Assembly: GCA_964016885.1 (NCBI GenBank)
Contig: OZ024746.1
Span: 6,944,001 to 7,008,000, forward strand
Origin: Eledone cirrhosa
Lineage: Eukaryota
DNA: 64,000 nucleotides
Direction: 5' to 3'
Numbering within the stretch: the stretch's first letter is position 1; each line of letters opens with the position of its first letter. The notes under the pieces were generated by a model. That model had not been told where the DNA came from, ran no database searches, and saw only the letters and a list, made by a program, of their open reading frames with translations. Positions 12,691-26,656 of the stretch are shown here, in pieces. Made by a program: the position numbers and the translations under genes.

Positions 12691-13088
12691 TACATATATA
12701 TGTACATACATATATATATATATATGTACATACATACATACATACATACATACGTACATGGTGGCTGCCAACTCGTTTTCGAGTACGGCCACTACTTTAC
12801 ATCCATGTAGGAGAACTCCTACCGATGCGCTGAACAAGTGTGACTTTTTAGTCCAGCCAGCGACTTGAAAACTCTGGTACAAACACTACACTTGTGACAG
12901 TTATTGACACATAGTGCTGGGCCCATGGTACCATGTGACGACAAGTGCAGAGAGATCTCCAGATATAAAGCAATGCCTGTGCCATGAAGCTTTTATAGTG
13001 AGCAAAGGCACTGCACAAAGCCAGTCCCACTCTCTTAACCAAGATGATATTTACCAAAAAGAAGAACAAGTCAACATCATTGGATACC

Positions 13089-13425
13089 ATCATACATACG
13101 TACATACATACATACATACATGCATACATACATATTTACGTACGTACATACATACATACGTACGTACATACATACACACATACATATATACATACATACA
13201 TACATACATATATACGTACATACATATATGCATACATATATACATACATAGATACACACGCATACACACATACATACATATATACATAGATACATTCATA
13301 CATACATACATACACATACACACATACATACATACATACATACATACATACATACATACATACATACATACATACATACATACATACATACATACATACA
13401 TACATACATACATACATACACACAT
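13089..13425. repeat. (CATA)n microsatellite
   Basis: Direct inspection. Confidence 0.95.
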
Positions 13426-14247
13426 AGCTAAACTTCGAGCCTCATTAGTAAAATTGAAAAAAAAAACGATTCTTTCCACAAAAGGTGTTGGAATAACAGA
13501 ATTAATGTCAATAGAAATAGTATTGGAAATAATGTGACAGAGACGTTTGTTGTAAGGACATTTTAGTTAATGGTGTCAATGTGGACATTGGTAAATCATT
13601 TTATCTGGGGTCTCTCATAATGATTCCACACCACTTAACAATTATTTTATCAACACTCGGGTCTCCAGTAAAGACCTCCCCTCCTTATTAAATGTTGCTA
13701 ATCTATCTCCAGAGAAATATTATTTTATGTGGTAGCATTCCTGCAACAATTGATGTTCTTTAGACATTAAAAAACGTTATACATGACAAAAGAAGTACAT
13801 TACTAGAAATCCCATATGTCTCTCTGGAAGAAATCGGATGTGTTCAGACCTGGAGAGTAATGAGCTCTGCCAGGTTTAAATGAGGAAAACGGCGCCACTA
13901 GGACTCTACGAGAAGTTAAGCGCCCATGGATGGATCATCTTCATAAGAATTAAATATTTGTTTATTTCAAGATTTGATATACATTCCTTTATCAACTTTC
14001 TATTTGTTTCTTGAAATAAAGTTTATACTTGTTAAGATCTGTTGTTAAAAGGAGACATTTTCATTTTGTGAGATTTCTCGTTTTATTGACAAAGATTTTC
14101 TTTTTTTTCTTCGTTGTTTAAATAAACATTGTTGTTACTTGATATCTCAGCGAACTAATTATATCACTAATTAATATTATGTTCTAATGACGAATACACT
14201 TTTCATCGAAAACTGTTATTGTTTTGTTGTTAAAGTTGCTTCAATTT

Positions 14248-14785
14248 TGTGTGAGAGTGCATGTGAGAGAGTGCATGTGAGAGAGTGCGTGTGTGAGAGT
14301 GCGTGTGTGAGAGTGCGTGTGTGAGAGTGCGTGTGTGAGAGTGCATGTAAGAGAGTGCGTGTGTGAGAGTGCGTGTGTGAGAGTGCGTGTTTGAGAGTGC
14401 GTGTGAGAGAGTGCGTGTGTGAGAGTGCGTGTGTGAGAGTGCGTGTGTGAGAGTGCGTGTTTGAGAGTGCGTGTGTGAGAGTGCGTGTGTGAGAGTGCGT
14501 GTGAGAGAGTGCGTGTGTGAGAGCGCGTGTGAGAGAGTGCGTGTGTGAGAGTGCGTGTGTGAGAGTGCGTGTGTGAGAGTGCATGTGAGAGTGCATGTGA
14601 GAGAGTGCGTGTGTGAGAGAGAGTGCATGTGAGAGAGTGCGTGTGTGAGAGTGCGTGTTTGAGAGTGCATGTGAGAGAGTGCATGTGAGAGAGTGCGTGT
14701 GTGAGAGTGCGTGTGTGTAGTGCGTGTTTGAGAGTGCATGTGAGAGAGTGCATGTGAGAGAGTGCGTGTGTGGGAGTGCGTGTGT
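14248..14785. repeat. About 14-bp minisatellite (GAGAGTGCGTGTGT)n
   Basis: Direct inspection. Confidence 0.95.
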
Positions 14786-15380
14786 AACCTGTTAAATATT
14801 GCAGCAAAGTCTGCTTTTGTTTTTTGTTGTTGTTGGGGTTTTATTTTTTTCGTAAATAATTGATGTTCATCACTTAGCAACAAAGTTGTGATTATATTTG
14901 TCTCTGTATGTTTCTGGTAGAATTTATGTTGATTTCATAAAAATATTCAAATATAATTTTACATTTCTTCTTCTCTTACAATATATCTTCTTCCTATTTC
15001 AAGTCATGTCCATAAAACTGTAATTTAAAAACGTTAGATTAACCCAATTAACATGTCACTTTCTTACTAATTAACATCGTGTCCTTCCAAAGAAAATATT
15101 CGAAATCAATTACTGACAACTCAGCACAATTTATATATTGAATGTGATTTACATAAAAAAGAAAAAAAAACTAAATCAATAGAAATGAGTCAGAAATATT
15201 GATGTTGAGTCAAGTAATACTGGTGTTGTAATACCAGTAATACAAGCCAGTCGATAGGTCTGAAGGTCTTAACCGTTGCCCTTGGGTTGTAAGTAGATGC
15301 TTCATATAGAACGCCGCTCTCGGTGACTCTTTTGCTCCATCATACTGTGTGTGTGATGTGTGTGTGACAGCTCACACCTA

Positions 15381-15412
<32 letters not shown>

Positions 15413-15911
15413 ACAGCTCACCCCTATGTAAGTTTAGCTGGCCTCCTCCAAGGTATATCTCGTTGGAGGTGTCTTGGGTAATTTAATGATAGGGACCCCA
15501 GTCCTATCATCTCATTTCTACAGCTCAGCTAGATACTGTGGGGGGGGGGGGGTATCTGCATCTATAACTGTATTCAGTATAACAATTACTGAAGTACCAT
15601 AATTCATCGATAAATTATATTTTTGAGTCTGTGAAATTCGAGACATTCGAGGAAGCTGTGTTGCTAATGAAGCAACGTTTTACATAGTCTTACTGAAGTA
15701 CATCAGATGATACACGTGTGAGTGTTTGGCTATTCCAACATCTCAACCTTACTATCAGCTGTGGTGGTGCCATAGTATCACTCGAGGTAATACTATGAGT
15801 GTAAAATATGTGTAAAACCAAGTACTGCACTTAAACAGACCCAACTACGCATCGAGTTGTCAAGCTGGTGAACAGCAGTATCAAATCTCTCTCTCTCTCT
15901 TTCTCTCTCTC

Positions 15912-15983
<72 letters not shown>

Positions 15984-16253
15984 TATATATATATCATAAT
16001 ATTCGTTCCGTCATTAACCTAAAAGAAGTCTGATGAGCTTTGGGTTCCAGAGTTGGGCGCGATCGATACAGATCGAACCTTAAGCTGATCAATCGCGAAA
16101 TACGCTTTACAACTTAATGAAAATTTGACACCTCGTCCATACTTATATATATATATATAAGTTATCGGTTTAGATTTACACTGTTAAATATTGCACTGTA
16201 AATATTAAGATCCAATAGATTTTTATGGATTATATATATATATATATATATAT

Positions 16254-17224
16254 ATAAATCAGGAAAGAAGGTTTACATGGTTTGCTATACAAAAAAGTTT
16301 TTAATCACATAGCTTACATTTGTTTCACTGAACTGGTATGTCTAGAGATCGCTATCCGCCTAATTTTGCGTCACTCGATCGCCAATACAGAATTATAACC
16401 AGTCAGATCTTCGGAGCATGCGAGAATGAAGAAAATACACAGGCAAGAAAATAAAAGAAAATATGGAGTAGTTATGGCATTCAATTAGAACAATAAACAA
16501 CAACAATTATTACAACAATGCTATCAATAAACTATTTAAGGAGACCCTGACATTACTTAGGTGGGGGGTATATAATGTATCTAATGTTACGGCGTGAAAA
16601 CCAGCTGTCATAAGGCAAAAAGTATCGTAGTGTGTATCAATTTTAAATTATAAAGATAAGCTAGTTTTTACAGTCTTTCTCTTCATCTTCAACCGTATAC
16701 ATGAGTGGGACCACTGTCAAAGCTCAATAGTTGTATTAACTCTACAACTATTGAGCTTTGACAGTGGTCCCACTCATGTATACGGTTGAAGATGAAGAGA
16801 AAGACTGTAAAAACTAGCTTATCTTTATAATTTAAAATTGATACACACTACGATACTTTTTGCCTTATGACAGCTGGTTTTCACGCCGTAACATTAGATA
16901 CATTATATACCCCCCACCTAAGTAATGTCAGGGTCTCCTTAAATAGTTTATTGATAGCATTGTTGTAATAATTGTTGTTGTTTATTGTTCTAATTGAATG
17001 CCATAACTACTCCATATTTTCTTTTATTTTCTTGCCTGTGTATTTTCTTCATTCTCGCATGCTCCGAAGATCTGACTGGTTATAATTCTGTATTGGCGAT
17101 CGAGTGACGCAAAATTAGGCGGATAGCGATCTCTAGACATACCAGTTCAGTGAAACAAATGTAAGCTATGTGATTAAAAACTTTTTTGTATAGCAAACCA
17201 TGTAAACCTTCTTTCCTGATTTAT
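16254..17224. repeat. 971-bp palindrome: 482-bp arms and a 7-nt loop (16736-16742)
   Basis: 16254-16735 is the reverse complement of 16743-17224; no mismatch found by eye. Confidence 0.95.
17058..17170 (+). ncRNA. Type I hammerhead ribozyme motif (U4C variant, long stem II); mirror copy at 16308-16420 on the minus strand
   Basis: catgct-CCGAAGA-tctgactggt...accagttcagt-GAAAC-aaat-GTA-agctatg; the truncated relative at 21015-21128 has GAAACAATTGTC. Confidence 0.6.
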
Positions 17225-17405
17225 TATTACTCCAAGTGTTTACAACATAGGAATTACAGCATACCCGCAGCATCACTATGAAAACGCCTTGTTGAGTCAA
17301 ACCAAGCCAAGCGTTAATATCATCCACTACCTGGAATACCATAACTGGACTTCACCTAAGTGGACTGCATTTAACTATTATTTGTTAATCCGTATATATA
17401 TATAT

Positions 17406-17480
<75 letters not shown>

Positions 17481-18816
17481 GTGAGTTTTGAAATGCGCAT
17501 AATAAAATACATGGAACTCATTTAACCATCTTTTGATCTTATATATTATATATATATATATATATATCATCCATAAAAAATCTATTGAATCTTAATATTT
17601 ACAATGCAATATTTAACAGTGTAAATCTAAACCGATAACGTTTAAGTTGGTGTCAGAATCACATATAAGAAGTGTTTCATTATTGATTATCATAACTTTA
17701 AAATGTTATGTGCCTATCATTGACTTTCCTAACATTTTTCAACTTTCACATAACTTCCATATTTAGAGAGACAAGTTGATTTTCACAATATATATTATTC
17801 AGAGTTTTAACGTTTTGCTGTTGATAAATATTGCTTCTTGCGTGTTTTTCTTTCTTGTGTTGAGGCATTCAATATTCTTCTGTCTATTTAGTTGTTCCAA
17901 GCTTCATGTCTGTTTCTATACTAAAAGTGAAATGGCAAGAATAAAAGAAAGCATGACAAGATGTCTTTCGGGTTTTAGTTTACGCTTTTCTATATTAAGA
18001 GTGGTATTATCTTAGCTTTTTATCTTCTCCGGTTGATCAAATAAGTGTCAAATGTATCCTCTGTTTTGGTCGATTCAATCGATTTTATCCCAATCTGTTA
18101 GATACGCAGTGACTAACAACAGAATGTTTTAAGTCTGCGTGTTCTGACATATATGCGTAGCTTGTGAATAAAAAAAATTCAAGGGGTTTCGCTGGCCGTG
18201 GTGATCGCTGCCAAACATCTTTTGTAATGTATCGTCTTATTGGCTAATTTCATCGTCTTATTAGCTAATCAACCAATGAGAGTAATTGTTCCTCAAAAGC
18301 ATCCGCCACTTTGTTTGCACGTTTATTTATCGTTTCGCTTTCGAATCTTCCTCCTGTACTTCGTCGTTTATCATCAAAATATTTTTCTCGTTTTGGTAAA
18401 TTATATTGTTAATTTATATATGATTTTTTTTAATTTATATTAACTATTTTTTTTTTCAGTTCGTTATAAGATGCTTATAATATTGGTTGTATCATATTTA
18501 CTTGTATATTTGTCCATGTTCGTTTTATGTTAGATTATTTTATTATTATTATGTTAGATTATTTTTTTCTTATTATGTTAGACTATTTGTATGTAATATT
18601 TAATTTTTATTAATTCAACTATAACAATTATTATGTAAAATATATTTATTTAATATTGATTGTTTTTTGTAGTTGTTTATATTAAAAGTCTGAAAATATT
18701 TGTATACATCTTACAATAATATTTATAAGATCATTTATAAAATAACAATTATATAATCTAATTACATTACAACGATAACTTACTATTAATATATATCATG
18801 TTTAACTAGTTATTAC

Positions 18817-19222
18817 AAGCTCAAAAGAGCCACAGAATGTTATAATAAACCTTCAAAAGTGTGGGACTAGAGTTGTTGCTCAAAAATATTGTAATCATTA
18901 TCTATCGTACACTCTGTGGCATCCTTTTATAAAAAAGAGATTCATAACGAACTCAAGACGACACGATAATTATTTAAGTGAATTTATAATATAGAATTCG
19001 GTTTAAGTGCATTTCGTATTAATCATTACTAAACATCTAATATGAGATATTGAACATTAGCTTAAATAATTATCGTGTCGTCTTGAGTTCGTTATGAGTC
19101 TCTTTTTTATAAAAGGATGCCACAGAGTGTACGATAGATAATGATTACAATATTTTTGAGCAACAACTCTAGTCCCACACTTTTGAAGGTTTATTATAAC
19201 ATTCTGTGGCTCTTTTGAGCTT
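18817..19222. repeat. Inverted repeat with 162-bp arms and an 82-bp spacer
   Basis: 18817-18978 versus 19061-19222, one mismatch seen. Confidence 0.9.
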
Positions 19223-19267
19223 TGCACATAGTACAATAAATGTGTCTTCGTACTAATGTACAAAAAT

Positions 19268-19460
19268 TGGCAGTCTCGTTAGAGCGTGGGACATTACGCT
19301 TGGCAGCATATAGTTCTGAGTTCAAATCCCGCCGAGATTAGCTTTGCCTTTCATCCTTAAGGGGTCGATAAAATAAAGCACCAGTAATGCACTGGGGTCG
19401 ATTTTATCGACTTTCTCTTTCCCAAAAAATTGTTGGCCTTATGACTAAACCAGAAACCAT
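19268..19460 (+). mobile_element. SINE family A
   Basis: GAGTTCAAATCCCGCCGAG B box plus family core; further copies at 24881-25088(+), 25151-25272(-), 30461-30650(+), 35279-35470(-), 37676-37892(+), 46798-46988(-), 47020-47160(-), 50362-50560(-) and 60636-60798(-). Confidence 0.85.
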
Positions 19461-19609
19461 TGTTATTATTGTTGTTGTCTCAAAGAGCAGTGGATTGTCA
19501 AAGTCGTTATAGCATCGGACTGTCTAGTTTTAATCCCCTTTAGACTTGTTATTTTATGAGACTTAACATGTCATCTGGTTTAACACTGATTATTTATCTT
19601 GTAGTAAGA

Positions 19610-20200
19610 GATTTACTCGGAATACCAGTGTAACTTTAGGTCAGTCAACAATCGATACGATATACTGTATATGATGGAACATATTGTATATAACAGAAGT
19701 CAGGAATTGTACATGGATTTGCTGAATATTTTCAAGGCATTTGATACGGCAAACCGAGGAATCTTTTTTTAAACCTTCATAGAATACCTTAATGTCCTTC
19801 CTATTTGGTGTAGATTGAATCTCAATTGCTTCTTATGCCCACCATATTTCTTTCGCATTTCTTGTAATTTTTGTACTGATTTTTTTTAGCTCACAATAAG
19901 TCTTCTTTTCCATTATATTATATCTTCTTTTATTATATTTCTCTGATATTCAATTCTTGTCTGCATTTTATCTAAGAAAGACTTGAAGGTTTTTCTCGGT
20001 GAACCGATCAATGAGGAAATCTAATTATTTCAAAAGAATGTCTTATTTCTTTGAAGAACTTCGATGATTCTTCGGCATATTCACATTTGATAAAGTTACA
20101 TCTAATTTATCTGAGAACTCATGTTTCTTTTCATCAGCCTTCAGTGACATATTTTATAAGTCAAATGTGTTTGGATAATTTGATATCATTTGTTTTCTAA
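19610..20200. mobile_element. Degraded RTE LINE pieces in opposite orientations
   Basis: Plus strand: SEYQCNFR..STIDTIY..LYMDLLNIFKAFDTANR (RT motifs); minus strand: SVQKLQEMR..EIQSTPNRKDIKVFYEGLK (linker region). Confidence 0.55.
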
Positions 20201-20390
20201 CATTCTGGAAGATACATTGCTGCAACAAAAAGTGATTTGTTAGCCGGCAAATGGCGAGAAATAAACCAGTTAAAAAAACATCTCTTTTATCCCTTTCTCT
20301 GATTAGGAAATCTTTGGCCCAGGGATGTAACCAAGTTATTTTGGCTATTGGAACAGTGCTATTGTGAAAGAAATGTCAAATTCATTACAA

Positions 20391-20584
20391 ACGAAGGGTG
20401 GGTTAAAATGTTCATAGGCTGACTATGAAAGAGTGATGCTAGAGCTGTGAAATCTTGCATGTATTTATTTCAACTCTTCTAATTAATAACTGCATTATTT
20501 CTTTCCAGGGACTAAATAAACCTCGTTTGGTCATTCCATGAGAGTATCTTGGTCAGTCTATGAACTTTTAAGCCGACCCTCGTA
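20391..20584 (+). mobile_element. Mariner-type MITE
   Basis: Terminal inverted repeats of type CGAGGGTCGGCTGAAAAGTTCATAGGCTGAC; same family as 42613-42814. Confidence 0.8.
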
Positions 20585-20639
20585 TTTACCAATTAGCGCG
20601 GACCAAATATGTGAATCAGATCCTAGCATTAAAGTCACC

Positions 20640-20810
20640 AAGCTATCCATCTCCTAGATGTGACAACTGAGACTAAAGAAGATCATGTCACCCTAACCAG
20701 AGTGTTTATGGAACTTATCTACAACATTTACAGAAGGCTCTTCCATCTGTTCTCCTCTATAAATTATTCAGTAAGACAGCGTCCTACTACAGTAAACACT
20801 TACTAGCTAT
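20640..20810 (+). mobile_element. Possible Penelope RT C-terminal relic
   Basis: IHLLDVTTETKEDHVTLTRVF...HLFSSINY..TVNT loosely resembles the PLE FLDV..T-VYRKPT..HF-SNHP region. Confidence 0.3.
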
Positions 20811-21124
20811 CACATTCAATGAGAAAATTACCTCCACATTACATTCTTGGCACCGTTCCTCGACATCTCATCAGGTATGCGAGTTTATATGCAGAGACAC
20901 CTTCAGAACTTTGAACGCTGCACTGCCTGTAACTGTAATTACACACTTAACTAATATGTGTGTGTTAGTTAAGTTTATTAACTATAGTTACATATATATA
21001 TATCACAATTTAACGCTATACAATAAGGGCTTTAATCACATTGCTGACAATTGTTTCTTCGATCTGGTAGGTCTAGAGTTCGCTACCCGTCTGATTTTGC
21101 GTCAATCGATCTCCAATACTTTGT

Positions 21125-21351
21125 TATATATTATATATATATATATATATTATTATATATATATTATTATTATTATATATATATATATTCTCTTACCACT
21201 CAGCCACGCGCCTTCACACATATATATATAATATATATATATTATATATATATATATAATATATATATAATATATATATATATATAATGTATATATATAT
21301 TATATATATATATAATATATATATATATATAAATATAATATATATATATAT

Positions 21352-21382
<31 letters not shown>

Positions 21383-21399
21383 ATGTATATATATATTAT

Positions 21400-21431
<32 letters not shown>

Positions 21432-22013
21432 AATATAATATATATATATAATATATATATATATAATATATATATTATATATATATATATACATAAATAT
21501 AATATATATAGATAATATATATATATATATATATAAATATAATATATATATATAAATATATATATACATAAATATAATATATATATATATATATAAATAT
21601 ATATATATACATAAATATAATATATATATATATATAAATATAATATATATATATAATATATATATTATATTTATATATATATATATAAATATAATATATA
21701 TATATAATATATATATTATATTTATATATATATATATAAATATAATATATATATATAATATATATATATATTATATTTATATATATATAAATATTATATA
21801 TATATATAATATATATATATATTATATTTATATATATATATTATATTTATATATATATATTATATTTATATATATATATATTATATATATATATATTATA
21901 TTTATATATTATATTTATATATATATATATATATATTATATTATATTTATATATTATATTTATATATATATATATATTATATTATATTTATATATATATA
22001 TTATATTATATTT

Positions 22014-22061
<48 letters not shown>

Positions 22062-22280
22062 TAATATATATATAATATATATAATATATATATATAATAT
22101 AATATATATAATATATATATAATATATATATATATAATATAATATATATAATATATATATAAAATATATATATATAATATATATATATATAATATATATA
22201 TAATATAATATATATAATATATATATATAATATAATATATATAATATATGTATATATATATAATATATATATATATATAT

Positions 22281-22311
<31 letters not shown>

Positions 22312-22422
22312 ATATATATATATATATATAATATATATATATAATATAATATATGTATATATATATAATATATATATATATATAATATATATATATATAT
22401 AATATATATATATATAATATAT

Positions 22423-22485
<63 letters not shown>

Positions 22486-22515
22486 ATATATATAATATAT
22501 ATATATATATAATAT

Positions 22516-22567
<52 letters not shown>

Positions 22568-22580
22568 ATATATATTATAT
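21125..22580. repeat. About 1.4-kb degenerate (TA)n tract
   Basis: Direct inspection. Confidence 0.95.
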
Positions 22581-22784
22581 GGAGGCACATGGCTTAGTGG
22601 TTAGAGCATTGTCTTGCAATCGAAAAGTTGTGAGTTCAATTCTCAGACCGGGTGATGTGTTGTTTCCTTGAGCCATACACTTTATTTCACATTGCTCCAG
22701 TTTACTCAGCTGTAGAAAAAAAATGAATACATATACATACATATATTATATATATATATATATATATACATATACATACATATA

Positions 22785-22865
<81 letters not shown>

Positions 22866-22871
22866 TATACA

Positions 22872-22905
<34 letters not shown>

Positions 22906-22906
22906 C

Positions 22907-22948
<42 letters not shown>

Positions 22949-24155
22949 ATAGTAATAATAATAAATTTGAAGACTAAAATCCGAAGAGGGCTCGATAAGG
23001 ATAAATATATATCAATTATATAAGAACCGTAGAGCAAATATTTATTAAAACAGATTAAAGTTTAAGAAAAGAATCGCTGCTTTCACCCATAACAGGATCT
23101 TCTGAAACTAAAAAAGTCAATCTGTGAACACAGAAGTAAATATTTCGAAAAACGTTACAACCGAAGGAAGACAGGAAGACGATACTTTGGTTCGTGGAAA
23201 GAACGGAAAAAAACGAATATAATACGTCATTAATAGGAGCAGTGAAAACAATTACACGCAAAGACAGAACCACGTTCATGGTATAAAAGAAGTCGTAGAC
23301 TAATATTCAATTAGGTGGTTCATAGAGACGTTCTCTGGCAATGAACGGAGAAAACGAAGATAATACGTCATATGTGGAGTGGGGAGAACAATTGCACACA
23401 AAGACAAAACCACGTAAATGGTATAACTGAAGTCGTAGACTAAAATTCTAACTAGGAAACCGAATGATTCTCGTCTACAGATTTAAGAATAAAGTAAATA
23501 AAATACAGAGGTAATAGAAATTAAATAAATACATGCACTCATCCATATACGTACATACACATGCATACGCGAAAACACTCGCCATGGGTATGCAAATACA
23601 AGCACGTACACAAAAAAACACACACACACATACAGAACCCACACAACGCCATTACCCGCACACATACGAATGTATACACCAAATACACATAAAAATATAT
23701 ATTAAAAAATATATATATATATGTGTGCGTGTGTGCGTGTATACATATAATTAAATAAACGTCTCTAAATATACACACATAAATACGTGTATAACGCGCG
23801 CACACATGTACCTTCATGTAAATACACATATGTTCTCAGACGTACGTCAACCAAAACACAAAGTACTCATATACAAACACCCTACATACGTACAAACCCG
23901 CATACTCAACAGACGCAAAACTATATATATGTGTTTGTGTCTATATTATATCTGTATTTTTTTACCGTTGGTCAGTCAATGGTAAACATCGAGGACCGAA
24001 TAAATTAACTGATATAAAAGATACAGAAGCGAAAACCAACCAAACAGTGAGTGTGTTCTGTTATTAATTCTGGCAATATTATTACACAAATATGACCCTC
24101 CCCAAGTATAACAATATTTGTTTCGACACACGATTTCATTTCAAAAACGTTGCAA

Positions 24156-24188
<33 letters not shown>

Positions 24189-25688
24189 CTTACAATCAAA
24201 AGGTTGTGAGTTCAATTCTCAGACCGGGTGATGTGTTTCCTTGAGCAAGACACTTTATTTCACATTGCTCCAGTTCACTCAGCTGTAGAAATGAGATGAT
24301 AGGACTGGGGTCCCTATCATTCCACTGCAAAGTGGTCGTGGAGGTGCCACGGAAAAAAAGCACCCAGCACTCACTGTAAATGAGGTTGGTGTTAGGAAGG
24401 GCACCCAGCTGTAGAAATCAAGCCAGAATCAGTTCCCGTCCCACCCTTGCAGGCAGGGAAAAGTGGACGTAAAATTATGATGATGATGATGATGATATCT
24501 ATATTAGCTCCCTCAATAATTGTTTGTATGAGTTGGTGAAAACATTTAAATATAATTTTACATCTCTTCTTCTCTTACATCTTACTACATTTGTTCCCCC
24601 TATTTCAATTGATGTCCATAAAACTGTAATTAAGTAATTAAGTACTTTATATTAGTCTAATTAACATGTCACTTTATTACTAATTAACATCGTGGGATTT
24701 GAAATCAATTATTGACAATCAATCAATTTTTTTCTGACAACTTCGCAGTTTTTTTTCCTGATTTTAAACTAAAAATATTATTTTATTATAATTGACATTC
24801 TGAAACACAATAAAGATTAAAATGTGTTTTTGTTTTGAGTAATTTATTTTAACGAAGCGATGTTCCGTTTTTATTGATCGCTTGGCAGTATCGGTAGAGT
24901 GTCGGACAACATGCTTTGCAGCATAGAGTTACGGCCCTTTATGATCTGAGTTCAAATCCCGCCGAGGTTAACTTTGCCTTTCATCCTTACGGAGTCGATA
25001 AAATAAAGTACCAGTCACACACTGGGGTCGATTTAATCGACTTTCCCCTCCCCCAAAACGCTGGCCTTGTGCCTATATAAGAAACCATTGATACTAACAT
25101 ACTCAATGAAGAAATAAATTATTGATTTTTGTATTCCCAGTTGTATAAAATAATTGTTTCTACTTTAGGCACAAGGCCAGCAATTACCCAGTTCATTACT
25201 GGTACTTTATTTTATCGACCCCGTAAGGATGAAAGCAAAGTCAACCTCGGCGGGATTTGAACTCAGATCGTATACTCAGTTGTATAAAATAATGTTTAAA
25301 AATATAATATCGTTGATAAACACACGCAAATTTGTGAAGCGTTCCATATTTTTTTAAAGGCCGGTGCCCCAGCATGGCTTTAGCCGGATGGCTGTATCAA
25401 GTAAAAGAGTAAAAGAGTAAATATAAACACATATAACAAATACAACCATTGCCAGGAACCTCACAAAACCAACACCAAAATATATGACCAAAGAGAAAGA
25501 AAGAAAAAAAGGGAGGGAGCAAAGACAAAAACGACCAGTTTGTAATAATTGTTTCTACTTTAGGCACAAGGTCAACAATTTGTGGGGGCAGGGAAGTCGG
25601 TTACCAGTACGTTACTGGTACTTTATTTTATCGACCCTAGAATGATGAAAAACAAAGCTTACCTCAGCGAGATTTGAAATATTATGTT

Positions 25689-25899
25689 ATTTATTTATGT
25701 TCATACACGGGCCAAAGGCGCTGCCCGGGGTTCCAAGGACAAATTTAACCATAGATCCAGAATACAAGAATCATCAAATTATAAACTCGTATAAGCGCCT
25801 GAAGAAAGGTCACTAATTTCATACCTCTTGTATTCTGGAGCTATGGTCAAATTGGGCCTTGGAACCTTGGGTAGCACTTTTGTTCCGTGTATGAACATA

Positions 25900-25906
<7 letters not shown>
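25689..25906. mobile_element. Fold-back element 1 of the cluster
   Basis: Imperfect arms of about 80 bp: ATTTATTTATGTTCATACACGG...CCGTGTATGAACATAAATAAAT. Confidence 0.8.
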
Positions 25907-25951
<45 letters not shown>

Positions 25952-25984
25952 AAGAATATTTTCGAAACAGGGAGCAAGTTTGAA

Positions 25985-26217
25985 ATTAGAAATAGAAGCT
26001 ATCGCAGTATTTTGACTAAAGAAATTATTTAGCCTGATAGTGGGGTTAAGAACCCTCGGAGAAATGGAAAAAGATGAGTATTGACGTACATGGGAGTCGA
26101 ACCCACATCTACGGTTATCCAGACCACTGTGCAACCATTACACCATGTGTTGGTGTAACCCCACTATCAGGCTAAGTAATTTCTTTAGTCAAAATACGGC
26201 GATAGCTTATATTTCTA

Positions 26218-26219
<2 letters not shown>
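25985..26219. mobile_element. Fold-back element 2, with internal tRNA-derived A and B boxes (26082-26150, minus strand)
   Basis: About 63-bp arms; minus-strand TGGTGTAATGG (A box) and GGTTCGACTCC (B box). Confidence 0.8.
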
Positions 26220-26280
<61 letters not shown>

Positions 26281-26539
26281 TGTGGAGAATAGGATTGGCT
26301 GCGTAGTTGCTAGTTAAGTTAGGCTTAAAAATGGAATGAGAATAAGAAGAAATCAAGAACGGAGATGGAGTTTTCCTCATCAGTTGTCTACTGGGGATCT
26401 CGGATTGAAATATCTGAGACCCCCAGTAGACAACTGACGAGGAACCCCCCCTTCCCCTTCCCCATTCTTGCTTCTTATTCTCATTCCATTTTTAAGCCTA
26501 ACTTAACTAGCAACTACGCAGCCAATCCTATTCTCCACA
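26281..26539. mobile_element. Fold-back element 3 between (TA)n tracts
   Basis: Outer arms of about 69 bp are near-perfect; inner arms CCTCATCAGTTGTCTACTGGGG / CCCCAGTAGACAACTGACGAGG. Confidence 0.85.
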
Positions 26540-26568
26540 TATATACATATATATATATATACATATAA

Positions 26569-26651
<83 letters not shown>

Positions 26652-26656
26652 TATAT

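Noticed and set aside
12750-13090. Possible exon or LINE relic
   Set aside because: Only vague RTE-like words; no convincing frame or splice sites
26370-26450. Outward-facing CTGAYGAGG in both arms of fold-back 3
   Set aside because: No correctly placed GAAA or stem III, so not called as a ribozyme
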